Shown piece by piece: positions 60,622 through 64,000 of a DNA stretch of 64,000 nucleotides. The notes beneath the pieces were generated by a model that saw only the letters and a list, made by a program, of their open reading frames with translations, ran no database searches and was not told the origin of the DNA. Source of the stretch: an uncultured bacterium (GTDB lineage: Bacteria; Babelota; Babeliae; Babelales; Babelaceae); contig OY970209.1 of assembly GCA_963713855.1 (NCBI GenBank), positions 128,001-192,000 on the forward strand. The letters are read 5' to 3'. The position numbers and the translations under genes were made by a program. Each line of letters opens with the position of its first letter. Position 1 is the stretch's first letter.

Positions 60622-60890
60622 ACAATTCCTTTAAGCTTTTAGCTTGTTTCTCGCGCGCACAATATGCCGCTGCAAAATGCAAGCAAAAAAGCGAAGAAAA
60701 TAAACACTAAATATGATATTGGGAATTCGTACAAAGATCGCACTCGATCTTCAAACAAAAAAGATCGTTTTCAGCGCGTTGCGAGGATACGCAAAATTGG
60801 AGAGACTTTCATGCCAAAAACTCCTGACTATAAAATAAAGATGCTATTAAGTATACGTATAAAAACGGCTTAAAGTCAAGAGGGGCACCG

Positions 60891-62021
60891 TTAATCAACT
60901 AAAAGTCTCGGAATAGTTCGATCTATCCCTGCTAAAAGCTCATTAACCCTTTTTTGAGCCATTAAAGCTACTGCATAGACATCAATACCAGGCGTAGTAC
61001 CGATCAGTGTAACGATATCATCGGGCTTTACGTTTGGAAATCGTGTTACATCAGCTACCAAAAAAGACTTAGCAAGACTTCCAACAAGTGGTGCTTTATT
61101 TCCACCTACCTCAACGGAAGCCTTTCCTATAAGCGAGTAGGGATATCCCGAGGCCGAGCTTACAGGAATAAGTGCCAGAAGCTGATCTTTTTTACTTATA
61201 AGGTCTGTAACACGAGATTTCCAAGAAAGAACTTGTCTTAAAGAAAGTGATTTCAGCGCTATCCCATGAGCATCTGAGCTTTTTAGTAATCCATAGGCAT
61301 AGCTTCCTATTCGTATAAGGGAGCCTTTTATTTCACGTTGCAAACGTAGATGAGCAGTAATACCTGCTGATGCTAATGCATGCACGTGCGGCACAAGAAT
61401 GCCATTATCTTGAAGCTCTTTTAAGCACCGCTCAAAAACACCAAGCTCTTCTTGCATGTCTTCAGGATTCTTGCCGACGTTGTCAGATAGATGCGTGCAT
61501 ATACCCGCATATTCTATAGAAGGCATACTGTAAAGCATTTTAGAAAAAGCAATAACACGATCTGGTGCTATACCCCTTCGTGAAAGTCCCACATCAACTT
61601 TGACGTGTACGCGAGCAACCGTTGAAAATTGGCGCGCGTGAAAAGCAAACTCGCCGACATTAGCAGTATCATCAATAACGACGTCAATCGAGTGACGTAC
61701 TGCATCTTGAGCCTTTCCGTCACAGGTATAAGACATTGCAAGGATGCGTTTTGTAACGCCATAGGATCGTAATAAAAGAGCCTCTTCGATACCAGCAGTA
61801 CAAAGCCAGGAAACGTGAGGATACTCAGCAACAAGCTTGCTTATTACCTCTATACCGTGCCCATACGCATTAGCTTTAACAACAACACCAAGCTGCGAAT
61901 CGGGACATAAGGACGTGATTGCGGCAATATTGTGCGATAATGCCGATTGACTGATTTCTATCCACTGTAACAAACGTTTGCTCAAAAAGCGGAGAAGGGA
62001 AGTTTGACTTCCCTTCTCCAT
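60891..62021 (-). CDS. alr: Alanine racemase homologue with degenerate C-terminal domain
   Basis: VVKANAYGHG PLP-Lys motif, HVKVD.G..R.G, TH, IRIG; the catalytic Tyr loop is missing. Confidence 0.8.
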   Translation of the reverse strand: MEKGSQTSLLRFLSKRLLQWIEISQSALSHNIAAITSLCPDSQLGVVVKANAYGHGIEVISKLVAEYPHVSWLCTAGIEEALLLRSYGVTKRILAMSYTCDGKAQDAVRHSIDVVIDDTANVGEFAFHARQFSTVARVHVKVDVGLSRRGIAPDRVIAFSKMLYSMPSIEYAGICTHLSDNVGKNPEDMQEELGVFERCLKELQDNGILVPHVHALASAGITAHLRLQREIKGSLIRIGSYAYGLLKSSDAHGIALKSLSLRQVLSWKSRVTDLISKKDQLLALIPVSSASGYPYSLIGKASVEVGGNKAPLVGSLAKSFLVADVTRFPNVKPDDIVTLIGTTPGIDVYAVALMAQKRVNELLAGIDRTIPRLLVD

Positions 62022-62026
62022 GTATT

Positions 62027-62692
62027 TTATTTAATGTCGATAGCTTTAGATTGATACGATTCTGCTTTAATACGAAGTGTGCCGTTTGCGTACTCCGCAA
62101 CTAAATGCGCAGGATCTATGACGCGAGGAAGCGAGCGACTATACATATTAGCAGCTTTATAGGTTGAGCTACTTAATATTTCCCCCTTTGGATTCTTCTT
62201 TTCTTCAGTGACATCCATCTGAGCCATAACGTCGATGCTATTTCTATAGACCTTTATACCCATCAATGTATCATCTGAAGTGAATGTAAAAAGGGCAAAT
62301 TGACCACCCGCGCCTACCTGTCCTTTAATGTCCTCTTTTTTAGCCGACAGACCTTTTATTTCTATCACCAAACCCTGACCATCTTTCTCAGGAAGAAACT
62401 CTACTTTTGGCAACTTTACAACGTTCCTGTCGAACATACGCTGGGTACCAACTCTTTCTGACCAAAATGGAGACACAAACCAGCTAGAAGCCATTCGCTC
62501 AAAATTCTGAGCAAGGTCTTCGGCCTCAGCCGCAAAACCTCGAGTTACTTCTGGGCTTTCTGGCTTATTTTCTTGGGCCACCATTTGAGCTTTTTCTTCG
62601 GTGCGCTTTTTGGCTTCTTTTGCTTTAATCGCACCAAAGCATAAAACTATAACCAAAGTGGCAGGAATAACGCTTTTGACTGCTCTGTTCAT
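62027..62692 (-). CDS. Hsp20/alpha-crystallin-like protein with signal peptide
   Basis: IKGL..KEDI, YSRSLP..ID...AEYANGTL.I, C-terminal I-D-I motif. Confidence 0.7.
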   Translation of the reverse strand: MNRAVKSVIPATLVIVLCFGAIKAKEAKKRTEEKAQMVAQENKPESPEVTRGFAAEAEDLAQNFERMASSWFVSPFWSERVGTQRMFDRNVVKLPKVEFLPEKDGQGLVIEIKGLSAKKEDIKGQVGAGGQFALFTFTSDDTLMGIKVYRNSIDVMAQMDVTEEKKNPKGEILSSSTYKAANMYSRSLPRVIDPAHLVAEYANGTLRIKAESYQSKAIDIK

Positions 62693-62862
62693 AAAAACCT
62701 CCTCATGTAGTCAAGAATAAAAACTATGCAGGTCCCGCTTAACCCCCGTTTTCTCTCTAGTTTAGAAAAAATAACGCATTTTTCAATAAACTATTGCATT
62801 TTTAACATTTCAGTTGTTAAATTATTACCACTGTAATCTGAATGTTATTCGTAAGGGAAATA

Positions 62863-63462
62863 ATGAAGCAGACATATATTTTCTTTATCGTAGTTATAGC
62901 AAGTACATATATACCTGACTCATGGGCAAGAAGGCAACATTCATCGTATAGGGCAGGTGGGCGGACTTCTACTTTTAGGTCTCGATCACCACATTCTACC
63001 CGCTCATACTATGGACGTGGAACGACTAGACTGTCTGCTAACCGGTTTAACACCGGTTCTAGAAGAGGATCTTCAACCCAAACTATGAGAAATTTTGCCG
63101 GAAACAGAATGCCTTCTAAAACAAGAGCCGGTTATTATTCTAGACCTGACTATGCACATAACGCACGTCGGCATAATCGCACTCACACACATCATCACAA
63201 TCATAAAAACCGACATCCATTCTCGAGGCGTAATTTTGGCTTTAACGGCGGGGGTTTTGGCGGCGGTGGCTTTGGTGGAGGCTGTGGCTGGGGCGATTGC
63301 GGATTTGGCTTAGGATGGGGACCATTCTGGGGCTGGGGCCCAGGATACGGCGGATACGCAGATCAAGCACCATCTCCAACCTATATAATAAACGACCAGC
63401 GCACATGCGATAATTGTTCTCCTTCAGACTACTACGATGAAGAAGAGGAACTTTATACATAA
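62863..63462 (+). CDS. Secreted low-complexity Arg/His/Gly-rich protein
   Basis: Signal peptide (..DSWA), R/S-rich block, His block, GFGGG/WG block, acidic tail. Confidence 0.65.
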   Translation: MKQTYIFFIVVIASTYIPDSWARRQHSSYRAGGRTSTFRSRSPHSTRSYYGRGTTRLSANRFNTGSRRGSSTQTMRNFAGNRMPSKTRAGYYSRPDYAHNARRHNRTHTHHHNHKNRHPFSRRNFGFNGGGFGGGGFGGGCGWGDCGFGLGWGPFWGWGPGYGGYADQAPSPTYIINDQRTCDNCSPSDYYDEEEELYT

Positions 63463-63538
63463 GCATTCCAAATAAGCTAGGCGAAAAAGACCGTTGAGTA
63501 TTTATTGGAGCAAATAACTCATTTAAGAGGTATCGGCG

Positions 63539-63576
63539 ACAAATGCATTTGCTCATATGCGCATTTGTGATATAGT
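63539..63576 (+). promoter_or_regulatory. Putative promoter/operator of the toxin-antitoxin locus
   Basis: ACAAATGC-N14-GCATTTGT inverted repeat overlapping TTGCTC-16 bp-TATAGT. Confidence 0.45.
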
Positions 63577-63603
63577 AGGAAATAATCACTTTTTTGGAAA
63601 AAT

Positions 63604-63870
63604 ATGAAAAATGAAGAAACAGTAAGGCTAACTCTGGAAATCCCCAAAAAATATCATAGAAAGCTTAAGAGCTTTGCAGCCATGCATGGCAAAACCATAA
63701 AAGAGGTTGTTCTTGATTCTACTGGCTATGTCATGGCTCAAGAAGAACAGATTGAGGAATGCAAACGTTGCCATGAGCCTAATGAAGATACTATTAAAGT
63801 CATTGAGGAAATGTTGCAGGGCAAAAATATAGCAAGGGCAAAAGACATTAAGGATCTTTTCAAAAATTAA
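63604..63870 (+). CDS. Ribbon-helix-helix antitoxin (DinJ/RelB-like C-terminus)
   Basis: RLTLEIP..H..LK..AA..G.TIKE RHH; EPNEDTIKVIEE and DIKDLF as in DinJ-type antitoxins. Confidence 0.75.
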   Translation: MKNEETVRLTLEIPKKYHRKLKSFAAMHGKTIKEVVLDSTGYVMAQEEQIEECKRCHEPNEDTIKVIEEMLQGKNIARAKDIKDLFKN

Positions 63871-63878
63871 GAGCTTAA

Positions 63879-63926
63879 ATGTTGGACGGTATCTATACCA
63901 AAAAATTTTCGGATCTTTTTAGATAG
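63879..63926 (+). pseudogene. 5' stub of a YafQ/RelE-like toxin
   Basis: MLDGIYTKKFSDLFR* immediately after the antitoxin; resembles the YafQ start ML...YT..F.KD. Confidence 0.5.
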
Positions 63927-64000
63927 ACTTTGCTCTCTTTAGCACAACGCAATACTAAAAATCCAAGTTCTTAAAAAATGCTTCTTTTTCTGGATTTCTG

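Noticed and set aside
60664..60873. Basic 69-aa ORF between alr and the ABC ATPase
   Set aside because: Opposite strand to both neighbours, no RBS and no recognisable family

Overview
Gene-dense bacterial chromosomal window using the standard genetic code. The mix of scattered housekeeping genes and many signal-peptide proteins with eukaryote-like domains best fits a protist-associated intracellular bacterium, most likely Candidatus Dependentiae/Babelota (TM6); this assignment is inference. Housekeeping genes: gltX, rpsU, rbfA, folC-like, atpB, pheT, lspA, trhO, murB, bamD, cdsA, yhhQ-tgt, mraY, mnmG-lgt-dnaG-rpoD and ABC transporters. Type IV pilus/T2SS/competence parts are dispersed (pilD, two pilins, a GspE/PilB ATPase, comF). 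Main observations: (1) an F-type ATP synthase c subunit made of four fused, non-equivalent hairpins (E/Q/E/D at the ion-binding position) next to atpB; (2) a family of four dispersed, multi-hairpin intergenic elements that share a covarying GGTGCAGG..CCTGCCGC plus GCGNA-loop core; (3) a eukaryotic-type NMNAT and a dCK/dGK-like kinase; (4) a shared 'signal peptide + ME' N-terminus on ankyrin/RING/F-box-like candidate effectors; (5) a candidate 6S-like RNA; (6) a Chlamydia-type queuine salvage pair; (7) an alanine racemase lacking its catalytic Tyr loop; (8) several decayed or frameshifted genes (RING-H2 tail, Fic, lspA, YafQ-like toxin). No tRNA, rRNA, CRISPR array or transposase was recognised. 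All homology calls come from motif recognition by eye; no searches were run.
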